A DNA stretch of 61,864 bases, filler included. It is 13 parts of 13 records of this genome, joined end to end, with 100 filler letters (N's around TTAATTAATTAA, not from the genome) between each part and the next. Parts side by side here need not be neighbours in the genome. Positions count along the whole stretch, not along the records: positions 33,502 to 36,835 come from SRR15195285_3385; positions 36,936 to 41,360 come from SRR15195285_3387; positions 41,461 to 47,627 come from SRR15195285_3389; positions 47,728 to 51,297 come from SRR15195285_3393; 9 more parts are not named here. The stretch is one strand, 5' to 3'. Position 1 is the stretch's first letter; every line of letters begins with the position of its first letter. Shown here piece by piece: positions 36,809-49,454 of this stretch. Position numbers and translations under genes: made by a program. The notes below the pieces were generated by a model. The model was not told the DNA's origin. It saw only the letters and a list, made by a program, of their open reading frames with translations, and searched no databases.

Positions 36809-36835
36809 AGAGAGAGAGAGAGAGAGAGAGAGAGA
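36809..36835. repeat. (AG)n microsatellite at contig end
   Basis: Directly visible dinucleotide run, inside the upstream intron of the beta-helix gene. Confidence 0.9.
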
Positions 36836-37072
36836 NNNNNNNNNNNNNNNNNNNNNNNNNNNNNNNNNNNNNNNNNNNNTTAATTAATTAANNNNNNNNN
36901 NNNNNNNNNNNNNNNNNNNNNNNNNNNNNNNNNNNGCATGCATAGGCGCTTTAGCGTAGGTGTGCAAACCAAGTATTCATGACGCTTCTCCGAGCCGGGC
37001 GTGTGCGCCGGCCGGCGCGCGGCGGCGCCGCGCGCCCGCGGCGGCTGCGGCAAACGTGCGTGGTCGACATCG

Positions 37073-38362
37073 ATGATGGCGGGCAGATGGGATCGTACGA
37101 GTATCGCCGCTGCCGCCTGCCGCCGAATCGCTGGCGGCTCACGATGGTTGTTCGGCGTCGATGCGATGCGGAGCACAGCAGCGCGTCGGCACCGCTGCTT
37201 CAGCAGCAGCAACCCTGCACTCGGAGTACCTACTGACTGCGCAAAGGATCGTCACCGCGGCTCCACACGGCACATTCTAAGTGTCGCGCCGATGATGAAG
37301 GTCACGAATCGGCACCAGCGTGTGATGATGCGGGCGCTCACCAAGCGCACGCTGCTGTATACGGAGATGGTGACCGCAAATGCGGTGGTGCACGGCAACC
37401 GGGAGCGCCTGCTAGGTTTCAGTGCTGTCGAACACCCGGTCGCGCTGCAGCTCGGCGGCGACGACCCGACGATGCTCAGCGAGGCGGCTCGAATCGGGCA
37501 AGACTTCGGCTACGACGAGATCAATCTCAACGTCGGCTGTCCCTCGCCACGCGTCAAATCCGGAAACTTTGGCGCGTGCCTCATGCTGCAACCAGAGGTT
37601 GTCGAGCGTGCCGTGCAGGCCATGCGTCACGCGGTATCTATTCCCGTCACAGTGAAACATCGGCTCGGCGTCGATGATATGGACTCCGAAGCCGATCTGA
37701 CGCACTTTGTTGACGTTGTGTCGCGCGCTCCAGCGGATCGGCTGATTGTCCACGCTCGCAAAGCCCTACTCCAGGGCCTCAGCCCCAAGCAGAACCGCGA
37801 AGTGCCGCCACTGCGCTACGACGCTGTTTGGCGTTTGAAGGAGGCCCGTCCTGAGCTCTTGATCGAGATCAATGGTGGCATCACTACACTGCAGCAGGCG
37901 GAGGAGCTGCTGCAGAAACCCAACACTGGCAATGCATTAACCGTGTCTGGAATGGACGGTGTGATGATAGGCCGGGCCGCGAGAGATGACCCATGGATTT
38001 TTGCAGATGCAGATCGCCGGCTTTATGGCGAGCCTCGAAATCCGTGTCGAACTCGCGAGGAGGCTGTGCGATCGTTGCTACCGTACGCTGAGAACTTGTT
38101 GATACAGGGTGAACCCCTGCACAGACTTACTCGGCATATGCATGGTGCGCTTGCAGTTTCCAGCTGAGGACATGTAAGCTTGACTGGCACTCCGCTGACG
38201 CTGTTTGTCACTGCTTCGTGCTCGCGCGCAGGATTGATGAAAGGAGTCCCCAACGGGAAGCGATGGCGACGGTCATTGGGCGAGGCAGCACAGGCAGGTG
38301 GTGCGGGAGTCGAAGTGTTGCTGAACGCGCTGGGATCATGCGCTGCGAGTAATTGCGGTTGA
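37073..38362 (+). CDS. dusA: tRNA-dihydrouridine synthase, bacterial DusA type, with organellar-transit-like N-terminus; 2 exons (37073-38144, 38232-38362)
   Basis: SVAPMM, LYTEMV, EHPVALQLGG, EINLNVGCPS.RV..G.FGACLM, VTVKHRLG, IVHARKA.LQGLSPKQNREVPPLRY, INGGI, GVMIGRAA, RHMHG|L. Arg/Ser/Ala-rich leader ending RCFSSS. Confidence 0.93.
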
Positions 38363-38769
38363 GCACCGCACTGCCTCCAGAGTGACGGTTGATACTTGGC
38401 GTATATCCAGCAGTGGTCGATCAGGTTTTCGCTACGATGGCTCTGCAAATCCAAGCGACCTAGCAACATTCATTGCGACGAACTGTGATGAACGACTTGT
38501 CCACCAGATTGAGACTACTGCATGCACCAATCAAGGAGTTAGAGAGAGATGTACATGCTCTTCTGTGGGTTAGTTCTTATCAAAGGGTTGCCTGACAATC
38601 ATACAATGATGACAGCCAATGCAACGATGACTATTCGAATACTACAATAGACGCTAGCGAGGAAGCGAAGTGGGTGGACCGCGTGCGCACTACCTAAGAA
38701 ACACGACTCATAATGATGAATGAATGTGCGTGCGTATATTCTCTACTGTGTTGTTGCGAAGTTCTGTTA

Positions 38770-41181
38770 TTATGAAACATCCGCTGGTTGTGGCTCCGGC
38801 TCACTTGGCAACGTCCCATGTCCAACAGCAGAGACGACCGCCGCCTGTGCAGTATTATCGCTCACCAGTGGAGTCCGTTGGAATGCCGTGAGGTTGCGTA
38901 TCCGAGCTATTACGCCTGCTTCACCCTCATCAGCTCCGAACGCTGGTCTGTCTCCTGGATCTTCCGCCCAGCACTCTTCTATTAGCGCTTGAAAAACTGG
39001 ATCCAAGTTTTTCGCGAGCTGCGGCCGATTCCCACTCGTCACCTCCACGGAGATGGCGTACGGACGCGCAGCAATGTGCTCAACAGGCAAGTGTGCCCAC
39101 GGTCGTTGACGAGATGCCATCTCATTGACAAGGACGCCGTAGCTGTAGGTGTCGCTTGACATTCCACTGTCTACCTTACCAGCTAGCACCTGCGGCAGCC
39201 GCGCAGTGAGCAACACGGTAGCAAACACGAACAGATTCGAGCGGTGCAGTGCAACACGCAGTGAATGGAGGAGCTGTGATATCAGTGGTGTGCGTCGGCC
39301 TTCTACACGCTCAGTGCTATGCCTTACCTCAGGCGGCATGTAGTCGGGCGTGCCCATCGTTGGTGTGTGCATCTGCCCCTTAGCCTGGCTTCCGATGCTT
39401 GCACTGCTGGGGCCACTGTGTTGCACCATGAGCTTCGATACTCCGTAGTCACATAGTCTGCAAACCCTGTTTTTCTGCGGGAAAAACGACAGAACACAGC
39501 AGGTCAGGACGACACGTTAGGCGGCCGATCACGTCTCACTACCAGACAACGACAACAGGATCACTGATGATCATCAGCAGGTTGAAACGTTGCTGTCACT
39601 CACGTCGATGAGCACGTTCGCGCTCTTCAAGTCGCGATGCCAGATCTTGTGCGAGTGAAGGTAGCCCATTCCGCTAGCGATCTCGCGCATCCACGCGAGC
39701 ATCTTGTCAGACGAGACCTGTTTGGCTGGTGTGTGCAACACATTGTCCAAGGAGCCAAATTTGCACCACTCCGTGACAATGCACAAACTCGGAGACAGCA
39801 ACCCCGCCGCTGGACTCTCTGACATGCCGTAGCAAGTGACCAGGTGCGGGTGTTTGAGGCTCAGGAAGATTGCTGCCTCTAGCTCGACACGCTTCATGTC
39901 GGTCTCCTTCATCTCGATCCTCTTGATTGCAACAACATTACCCTCCCATTTCCCGCGATACACGATACCGTAACCGCCACGATCGATCTCCGCCTCAAAC
40001 TTCAATGAGCTGTACGGTATTGTATCGCCGTCAAGGCCCTCCATCTTACTTCCCACGCTCCTTTGCGATGTAAGCGCTGTTGAGCTCAGTTTCGATTTCG
40101 TCTGCTCGAGTTCGACCTTCAGCTCTTCGTGGCTCTCCTCCAGCTCTTCCCGAATCTGCTTCTCGCGAAACAAGAGCTTGTCCAGCAGGCTCCGAGAGCT
40201 CTTGCCTTGTTTCTCGCGCTCCTCCCGAATACGTTCCCAGAGTACGTAAGCGAAGATGGATAGCACGCCTGCAACAACAATCGCGTTGAACCGAAACTCG
40301 TGAAAGAACTGCACGTCGACCACCCACCCCTTCTGGGTAGAGATTACACCTGGCCACACCCGCAGCCTCAAACCCCACCGCTTTCCAACGAGCTGTCCTG
40401 TAGCATCGTGCACGCTGTACGACTCCGGCGGATATCTGTCGCAGGAACGCAGCATTGTCAGCATGATCTGGATTTCAGCGACAATAAGGCAGGACGGAGC
40501 GAAGAAGGGCGCGTACTTTCCGCGTTGCAACAGCAACTCCGACCCCAGGACACGCAGGCCCTTTACGCTATCGTCCATGGCCGTTGATATCCGATACATT
40601 GCCGCGAGCGTGGAGTATACAGCGTATGTCTGCCAAGCAACCAGCACGAGGAAGCAGCGTCGAACGTGTCGAACAGCGCTCAGCGGAACCCGCACCAGCC
40701 CATGCATGCGCCTTTCCCTCGTCAGGAAGATGGAGGCGTCCGGGAGGAACATCGAAACGTAGAGAAGGGCCACGGACATCACGATCGAGCTGATGATGCT
40801 CGTCGGATCGGTCACCTCCCCGTCCGAAAACACTTCGCCAAATCTAGCTTTGAACGACTCCTGCACCCCGATGATCGCGGAGAGCCAATCGTCCCGCGAA
40901 CGCTTGAACTCGTCGACGCCGTCGTCCAGCAGGATCGGGTGGTCAGACGAAAAGCGCGTGGCTGCAGCCAGCATCGCATCCAGCTCAGGCTGCAGCCGGC
41001 TGTGCCACGAGTACCAGCGGGAATACCAGAAGCCCACCGCCGGACCTACCACCGCCGCAGTGCACGCCCAGATCTTCGTTGGATCCTCGTCCAGCACGTA
41101 GTCTGTCCGCGTGCGTGCCAGCGGCGGGGGCACCTCCTCCTCTTCACCCGCCGAGCCCTCATCTTCTGCCTGGCGCTGCAT
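38770..41181 (-). CDS. Multi-pass membrane TKL-type protein kinase, 3 exons (41181-39604, 39474-39328, 39189-38770)
   Basis: DRGGYGIVYRG, VAIK, HRDLKSANVLID|KNRVCRLCDYGVSK, GTPDYMPPE|VL, DTYSYG, CWAEDPGDRP. About 5 hydrophobic segments and a coiled coil precede the kinase domain. Start codon tentative. Confidence 0.88.
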
Positions 41182-41460
41182 CTCCGCTGGGCTGGCGCCT
41201 CGCTGGCCAGCTCCCTGTTGCTCGCGAAATGACGGCGAAAATAATCGACCCGTGCACGCTATGCCTCTTCGAGCTCCGCGGCGTGCTTCGACGGAGCAAG
41301 ACCGCTCATCCCCCAGGACATCCTCGGCAGCCTCCCCGGTCAATTGTATGGCAGGGAGTGNNNNNNNNNNNNNNNNNNNNNNNNNNNNNNNNNNNNNNNN
41401 NNNNTTAATTAATTAANNNNNNNNNNNNNNNNNNNNNNNNNNNNNNNNNNNNNNNNNNNN

Positions 41461-41481
41461 ACTCCCAACGAATCCAACCCA
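41461..41481. repeat. Dispersed repeat copy (reverse complement of 51242-51262)
   Basis: ACTCCCAACGAATCCAACCCA is a 21/21 match to a different contig end. Confidence 0.9.
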
Positions 41482-41844
41482 GCCTGTGACGTGATCTTCA
41501 TCTTGACTCTTGAGGGTCGGTGTCGGTGAGCTCATTTTAACGGCACTGGGGTCACACGTCCGTCTGTATAAATAATCTCGTAATACCAACGGCAGGTGGC
41601 TCGGTATTTGTACATACAATTGCGGTGTTTAATACGACATTATGGACCGCACGTTGGAAATTTGACGAATTGGCGGCCGGCGATGGGCGCCCCTCGAGCC
41701 GCCTGATGGACACGTGTGAGCTACGCTAGTTTCTGCGGGGCATCGGGATGGGGCGGTGAGGAGATGGGGGCGATGTGGTGAGCGCGCCGCAGCTGCAGCG
41801 TGAGGAGGGAGGGAGTGGGGAGGGTGTGTCTGTCCCGACCAGTG

Positions 41845-44800
41845 ATGGCGGCAGCTCATCCCCCGGGCTTGATAATGCCGGCGCCAGAAACAGAGGCGGA
41901 GGTGGTTCCGTTGGCTCCGCAGGGCGAGCCGGCCAAGGGCTCTGGCGGTGTTGTTGATCAGGGCGGAACCGAGCCAGGTGGGAGCGACCCAGCCAGGCTG
42001 TCGAGCGCGACGGCCGCCGGAAGCTTGTTGTTGAAGGTGAGGATGCGGAAGAAAGCCAGGAAAACCAGGGCAGCTGTGAGGCAGGGACAGCGACAAGCCG
42101 ACGTCGTTAGCTTGCGACGGGACAAGCAGCTGTACCCAAACATGCTGGAGGAGGAGATCATCGGCCTCGGACGGCTGTTCGACGAGTACGCAGAGGAAAA
42201 CGCATCCGGCGAGCTCCATATCAACCACGCAACCGTGAAACGCATGCTAGACGAGTCCCTGCAGTTTTTGTATGACAAGATTGACATGGACCAGAGTGGC
42301 AGCTTGGACAAGTCCGAAGTCAAGGCCCTTCTCGACTCCCTCGGTCATCCCACGACCCGCGCTGAGCTGGACAGGGTGATGGCAGAGGTGGACGACGACA
42401 ATGATGACAAAGTAGACTATCGGGAGTTCAAGACGTGGTGGGTGCGTCGGCAATACGAAACGGAGGAGAATCAAGAGCGCGAGCTCCAGGATTTGTTCGC
42501 AGTAGTGGACGAGGACGGCTCGGGAGAAATCGACTGGCACGAGTTTCTGCGGCTCATAGCGTGCGTCCAATTGCATGCGGCCAGCCTTCCCGAGTCTTTC
42601 TTACTTCATGCATTGGCATCACCTGCGCTGCGCTGCGCCCGCCGGCCCTGACCTCCTTTGTCCGACCGGTAGGATTCAATTGGAGCGCGTCTTTCAGCTG
42701 CAGTCTGAAATTACAGAAGTCAACCATCCCCAAAGTCCGAGCAGTCCGACAGGACGTCCCAAGGAGCCCACGTACAGCAAGCGGCGCTCATCGATTAGTC
42801 ACAGCGCGGCAGTCCGAGGACCCCTCGATCCTCAAGCGATGGTCCGGCTTGCCATGGAGACCGTGCAGGGGGATACGAGGGCGATCTACGGGAAAAGTGG
42901 GAGATCGACTGGCAGGGTAAATATGGGAGGTGAGAGATTGGTCGAAATCAAGGCCATGAATCGACGGTGCTTCTTTCGACCGGATGGCCAGGGCGGCTCT
43001 GTCCATTTTCGGCAGACGTGGGATCTGATACAGATCTTCATGCTGTTCTACGTGGCACTCGTGGTACCTTTCCGCATCGGATTTCATTTTGAGTCCACAC
43101 CCACGGAATGGATATTTTGGTGGGAAGTGGTCGTGGACCTCTATTTCTGGTGTGACATCGTGATCAATTGTCGAACAGCCTACTACGACGAACACAACGA
43201 GTTAATTATAGACAACGCGAAAATCTGCAAGAAATATTTGAAAGGGTGGTTCCTTCTCGACTTTTTGTCTTGCTTACCAGTGACGTACATCGGACTTCTC
43301 GTCAACCAGAACGACAACCAAGCTGCTGGTGCTGATTTGAAAATGCTGAAGGTGTTTCGAATGGTGCGACTAGCCAAGCTTCTTCGCCTGGCTAGAGTCA
43401 AGCGGCTAGTCGCACGGCTCGAAGAGCAGTACCGATTCATTGCGAGAGGATCGCGTGTAGTTGCCATTGTGGCGACTATCATGTTTACTGCGCACCTAGT
43501 TGCATGCACGTGGCACATGGCGGGCTCGAGCAGAGTGGAAGAGATAGGCACAGACCGGTCAACGGGCGAAGTTGTGACTTTGAAGCCATGGGTCATGGGG
43601 CAGTATGGTGGTATTGGCGACGGGTCTACAGAAGACCCGGACTTCGAGAATGGGCTGCAGGTATCAACGATGACAAGATATGTAGATGCTCTGTACTACT
43701 CTGTCACAACACTTACCACAGTTGGGTACGGCGATCGCGTGCCGAACACTGATCTGGAAAAAGTCATTTCAATCCTCTGCGAGCTCGCTGGGTCAGTGAT
43801 ATTTGGTGTCATCGCTGGCTCGCTGTCTACCATTGCGATGGCCGAGTCCATGACACGGATTGAAATCAAGCAGAAGATCAGTCAGCTGAATGAGCTCATG
43901 AATGTGAAAAATGTTCCGAAATCGATGCGTATAAAGTTCTCAAATCAGATGACCAACTGGTTTGCGAAGAAGTCAGTTTTTGACGAAGAGATGTTGCTCA
44001 GCTATCTTCCGCCGAGGCAGCGCAAGGATCTTTTAACCATAATATACAAACCGTTTATGATGCAGTGCCCTTTGATGCAGGGCCTGGAGTGGCCGGTGGT
44101 GAGCAGGATGTGTCTAATGATGCGGCCTTACTTGGCAGTTGTGAACGATGTCATCTTTACCGAAGGGGATGTTGGCGAGGAAATGTATCTGGTCGTCCGA
44201 GGATCAATGAAGCTGTTTTCTCGACAGTACCCAGCATACAATGGTCGTATGTGGGAAGATGGTGCCTTCTTTGGCGAACTGCCGCTGCTCCACTGTGGCG
44301 GCGGCGAGACGAAGAACTTGCACCTGTATACGGCGCAGGCACTAGTCGAAACAGATTGCAGTTACATCTCGCAAGATGATTTTGAAGAGCTGAACGTACA
44401 ACGACCAACGCTCAGAGCTACGATGCGTACGCATGCACTACAGCGCGCAATGCGGTTTGGGACGGACAGTGCAGCGTCGACGTTGATGGACAACCTGTCC
44501 AACTCGCCGAGTTCATCGCCTAGCTTGTCCGTTGACCCGGATTCACCAAGTTCTTCCTTCACACCCGACACTGGGGACTGGTTTGCCGACGCGAAAAAAT
44601 CTGCCCCACATCTACTGGGCGAAGAGATAAGAGATCTGCGGGCTGTGTTTCTGAAGTACGCCAGCTCCACAGGGGGGTCAGAGAAACAGCTTAGCATTCA
44701 ATCGATACAACAAATACTTGACGAATCACTCAAACGTATGTTTACACAACTTGATATTGACGGCAGCGGCAGCCTGGAGAGGGTTGAGATCCAACGCCTG

Positions 44801-47113
44801 CTGGATCGCCTTGGGATGTCTACGTCTGCAGAGGGAATGGATTTGACGATGGCCGAGCTGGATGATGACGGATCTGGTGAAGTGGAGTTCTCTGAGTTCA
44901 AATTGTGGTGGGACAAGTCGCAATTTGCCGACGATGAGAACCGGGATCGGGAGTTGCAGGACCTGTTTGATGCCGTAGACACGGATCGTTCGGGCTTCAT
45001 TGACTGGAGAGAGTTCATCCACCTGATTTCCACCCAAGTTTTGCGTGATATAGAAATCGGGCATGCTTCCAGAATGCAGGCCGTCAATGCTAAAGAAGAC
45101 TCAGCCGAGCTCGAGCGCTCGGCGCGCAGCGCTGGCGAGATGGTTCGCGTTGCTCTGAACACTGTGCGAAGCGATACCAGGTCGATTTATGGCACTTCGT
45201 TGGGGTCACGCAAAGTAAAGCTGCACCATATTGGGCTGGATCAGCAAGCCAGGGATATAAGATGTTTTTTCAGGCCAGATGGCAAGGGCAATGCAGTGAG
45301 ATTTCGGCAGGCGTGGGATGTTGCACAGGTCTTCATATTGTTCTACGTGGCGATGTCCGTGCCTTTCCGAGTAGCGTTCTCTCACGATGCTGTGCCATTC
45401 ACAGCGACGTTCTGGTTTGAAGTCTGCATAGATGTCTACTTCTGGATTGACATCGTATTGAATTTTCGCACATTTTTTTATGACCTGGACGGGCACCTGG
45501 TCCTCGATCAGAAGCAGGTCTGCATGAGATACCTGAGAGGGTGGTTTCTCATTGATGTAGTCAGTTGCGCACCTGTGATGTACATTGAAATGCTGATATA
45601 CGGCACTGAACAGCGGCAAAGCACCGACCTGATCGCACTGAAATCACTCCGCCTACTGAGAATGGCTAAACTTCTTCGCCTTGCGCGCATCAAACATCTT
45701 CTCACGCGACTAGAGATGCAGTACAAACAGGTGGCTCAATTCGGAAGGGTGGTGAAAATATGCTTCTCCATTCTGATCTCCGCTCACTTCGTTGCATGCC
45801 TGTGGTATTTTGTGGGTGATGGCGAAGACCAGAGGCTAGGCGTGAATGCTGAAGGTGAGGACATCATACTGCGGCCCTGGGTTAAGAAACTTTATGGCAA
45901 CATCGAGGAAGGCGTCTGCATTGAATCTGGGGTGGAGATCTCCAGTACTGAATGTGATAGGCTCAGGAAATACTCTGTGTCACTCGTCACGAAGTACTTG
46001 GATGCGCTGTACTACTCTGTCACAACACTCACCACAGTTGGGTATGGCGATCGCGTACCAAATACCAACAGCGAAAAGCTAGTTTCGATCTTATGTGAGC
46101 TTGCTGGCTCAGTGACATTTGGCATCATCGCGGGGTCCCTATCTGCGATTGCACTAAGCGAGTCCATAACAGCACGAGAAATCAAGGATCGCAGCGCAAA
46201 ATTGGACGAATTCATGAGAACCAAGAAGGTGCCACAGGCAATGCGCCAGGAGATAGGCACGCAGCTGTCAAACTACTTTGAGAAGAAATCGGCGCTCGAC
46301 GAGAAGCAGGCAATTTCGTGTCTGCCTCCGAAGCACCAAAGAGATCTGGTCATGGCTATATACCAACCCTTCCTGGTAGACTGCCCGCTATTGCAGGGCC
46401 TGGAGCCTGCCCTCACGAGCCAGCTTTGCCTAGCTATGCGACCCTACTTTGCTTTGGGTGGCGACGAAATCGTGGTCGAAGGGGAGCTGGGTGAGGAGAT
46501 GTACCTGATCACCAGAGGCACGATCAGACTGACATCTACGCGGTACCCCGCCTACAACAGTCGGCAATGGGAAGACGGTGCTTTCTTCGGCGAGCTTCCG
46601 GTGCTCGATTGTGGTGCGGAAGAGATCGACACCTCCCTGCTTCCTCATCATGCCCCCAAGCAGAAGCCAAGGCGGGTGATGCACGTGTATACTGCCACGG
46701 CACTAATCGATTCGCACTGCACATACGTGACGCGGCTAGACTTAGACGAGCTGAATTTGAAGAAGCCGGTGCTAAAGCAGACTATGCGCAAGTTCGCAAT
46801 GCAGCGCGCTGAGAGATTCGGAGTGGACATGGGACCTGCGCTCGATGAAGACGAGAAGGAGTCGGAAGAGCCGCTCACCAGCCACCTGTCAGGACCCAGT
46901 GGTATTTACGGCGTGATGCAGCTAGTTGAAACAGCAAGGAGGGATATTTCAGAAGCAAGGCAGGAACATGACCTGGGGGACGCCAGCGCAGACACGAAAC
47001 GGTTGCTCGATACGCTTTCCACAGTGGATGCACATCTACACCATATCCATGATACTGCTGAGCGAATAGCCCTCCAGAATGCGAGGTCCAAGAGTCGTGC
47101 CCCAGGAAGCTGA
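41845..47113 (+). CDS. Two-repeat CNBD-family K+ channel, [EF-hands-6TM-CNBD]x2, ~1718 aa, 2 exons (41845-42560, 42673-47113)
   Basis: Two TTVGYGD filters, two S4 segments (RMVRLAKLLRLAR; RLLRMAKLLRLAR), two C-linker/CNBDs (EEMYL..RG, FFGEL) and six EF-hand loops. Intron 42561-42672 joins the ORFs in frame. Confidence 0.93.
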
Positions 47114-47730
47114 GGCAACGCCAGTGTCCTCATTCGTGCCAACATAATTATACAAAACCGGTTGAAGCTTGCAAGTCACCAATCGAACTCAAATTGCATT
47201 GCAACTACCGATGTATTTTCGCTCGTGTTGGGGAGTGTGCGCTTGGCCGTGTACGTCGTCTCTTTCACCGGTGTTTGTGCGCGCGTGCGTGTTTGTGTCC
47301 CTTATCGCTGTCGGTTCCCATTCGCTGTTTGACCCACAGGGTGGTCTTCTCCTGCCCACTTCATGCATTCAGCTGAACGGTATCTTGTTGTCGAGCGTCT
47401 GTGTGTCCTAGCGAGTGTCCACCGCCGTCAGCGACGTAGATTTGCATCCACACTAAGGTGGCTGTTTCGGCACTCACCCCAGCAGATCGTGCCCACATCG
47501 TGTGCATGTGTCCTGTGTGTAAGGGACCCGTATGCCCGCTTCCCTGGCGTGACGCAACACACCCGGACATACATGTACATCCTGCGAAGATACAGCAGTT
47601 ACACTCTTCGATAGTAGGCGCCACCGCNNNNNNNNNNNNNNNNNNNNNNNNNNNNNNNNNNNNNNNNNNNNTTAATTAATTAANNNNNNNNNNNNNNNNN
47701 NNNNNNNNNNNNNNNNNNNNNNNNNNNTCA

Positions 47731-47761
47731 GAGGGGTGCACTGCAGTTCTCAGTGTGTTTT
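47731..47761. repeat. Dispersed repeat; inverted copy of 51267-51297
   Basis: GAGGGGTGCACTGCAGTTCTCAGTGTGTTTT matches the reverse complement of the other end of the same contig at 29/31. Confidence 0.9.
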
Positions 47762-47789
47762 CCCTAGAGTTGTAGAGTAGTCCATCGGG

Positions 47790-49315
47790 ATGGCGCCCGC
47801 AGCGGCGGTATCGCTGCTCCTGGGTGGCCTGTGCGCAGCGTCCGCCTACGTGCCGCGCCCTCCGAAGTTCAGCTGGGACACCCTGCCAGTTTTCATCCAC
47901 GGATCGAACCAGTCGGGGCCGATCAACGCGGAGGCCATCGCCTTGATGGCCAAATTTCCGCTCGTCACTGTTGAGAAGTTCCAGGGACCGTGCGCCAACT
48001 CGCACGACCCGCTGCCCACCCCGGCCTGCGACCAAGAAACGCTCATCATCGACGCGCTCAAGCAGGTGAAGGCTATCAACTCCAATATCTCCACGATCTT
48101 TTACTACAACTCGGTTCTTGACTTCCCACAGTACAAGCTGCACGGCATGATGCTGAAAGACCCGTCGCTCATGCTGAAGGATCGGGACGGCAAGACCGTG
48201 CTCATGGGCTGCCCCTCGCCCGCTGGAAAGTGCGACGTCTTCGACTTTTCGAACGTTGAGGCGCGAGCCTTGTTCATCTCCGAGTGCGTCAACGCAACGA
48301 AGTCGGGCTTTGTCGATGGCTGCTTTTTGGACCGCGCTGTAGATGGCACCCCTACGGACAGTGGCAACGACCAGGTTCCGTGTGCTGGTGCTAATTGCCG
48401 GTACCAGCTTAACCTTACGGCTACACAGTCGCAGGCCTACGCCGCTGGTCATGTGAAAGTTCTCACAGACCTTCAGGCCGCCATCGGCGAGGGCCCCGTG
48501 ATCGCCAACCACGCGTACGGCCCACCTCACGATAACATGGCAAAAGGTGAGCGGAGCCACTTTCTTCGCACACAATGCCACTATGCCAGCGCGTGTGGTT
48601 TTGTTGTTGCGATTCTGTGGTTTGACTGTACGTTGGTGGGCCACCTACAGGGAGCGTGAGCTTCGACATGATTGAGGGTTTTGGGCCTAACAACGCAAGC
48701 ATCAACCAGCTGCTGCTGAGCGCTTCCAACTCTCGGGGAGTGCAGGCACACGGTAGAAACAACGAGGACACGGTCGCAGCTTTCCTCGTTGGCGCTGGTT
48801 TTCGTGCTTACTTCGGGATGGGCGGCTGGTCGCAGAAGTCGCCAACGTTCGAGGACCACTGGATGCCACAATTTGCTATGCCACTTGGTGAGCCACTCTC
48901 GGATGGGGTTTACACCGCGTCGGACAAGACATGGCGCCGAGAGTTTAAATCTGGCGTCAAGGCCATCTTCAGCCTACATAATAATAGAGGTAACATCACT
49001 GGTGGTCCATGGACGGGCTCTTTCGGCCCAGACAAGCCCCGTCCATCACCCGGACCAGCACCTGCACCTGGACCGTTGCCGAAGCCGACTGCAACCTGTC
49101 CTGTGATCGGCCGCTCCGGCTGGGCGCATGGCGACATTGGGCAAACCAGTGCAAAGGACTGGGCCACCTGCTGCGCCGCTTGCAACACCAAAGAGGGCTG
49201 TGCACACTGGGTGTTCACGGAGAGAAACCCAGCGGACTCCCGCTGCCACCTCCACGATGCCTCTGCCACGGCATCGGCACCAGGTGGACACATTAGCGGA
49301 TCGATGAAGAGGTGA
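47790..49315 (+). CDS. Secreted putative glycoside hydrolase (GHL15-like) with Pro linker and C-terminal Apple/PAN-like Cys domain; 2 exons (47790-48546, 48651-49315)
   Basis: Signal peptide, FSWDTLPVFIH, FPLVTVEK, IFYYNS, VFDFS, DGCFLD, AAFLVGAG, PLGEP, WRREFKSG, CCAAC....GCAHW. Intron 48547-48650. Family name tentative. Confidence 0.7.
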
Positions 49316-49383
49316 ACCTCCACGATACCGCTGCCACGGCATCGGCACCGGGTGGACACACCAGCGGATCTACGGAGAAGATG
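49248..49383 (+). repeat. 68-nt tandem duplication of the gene's last codons into the 3' UTR
   Basis: Unit ACCTCCACGAT...GGCATCGGCACC.GGTGGACACA...AGCGGATC begins at 49248 and again at 49316. Confidence 0.85.
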
Positions 49384-49454
49384 TCTAGGTGAGTCAGGAA
49401 AATGAAAAATTCATTTGGTAAATGGGCAGTACCATCCATCTCGGCTTATGTGGC

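Noticed and set aside
47169-47627. Cys/Val-rich short ORFs after the channel gene
   Set aside because: They arise from GT-rich low-complexity UTR-like sequence.
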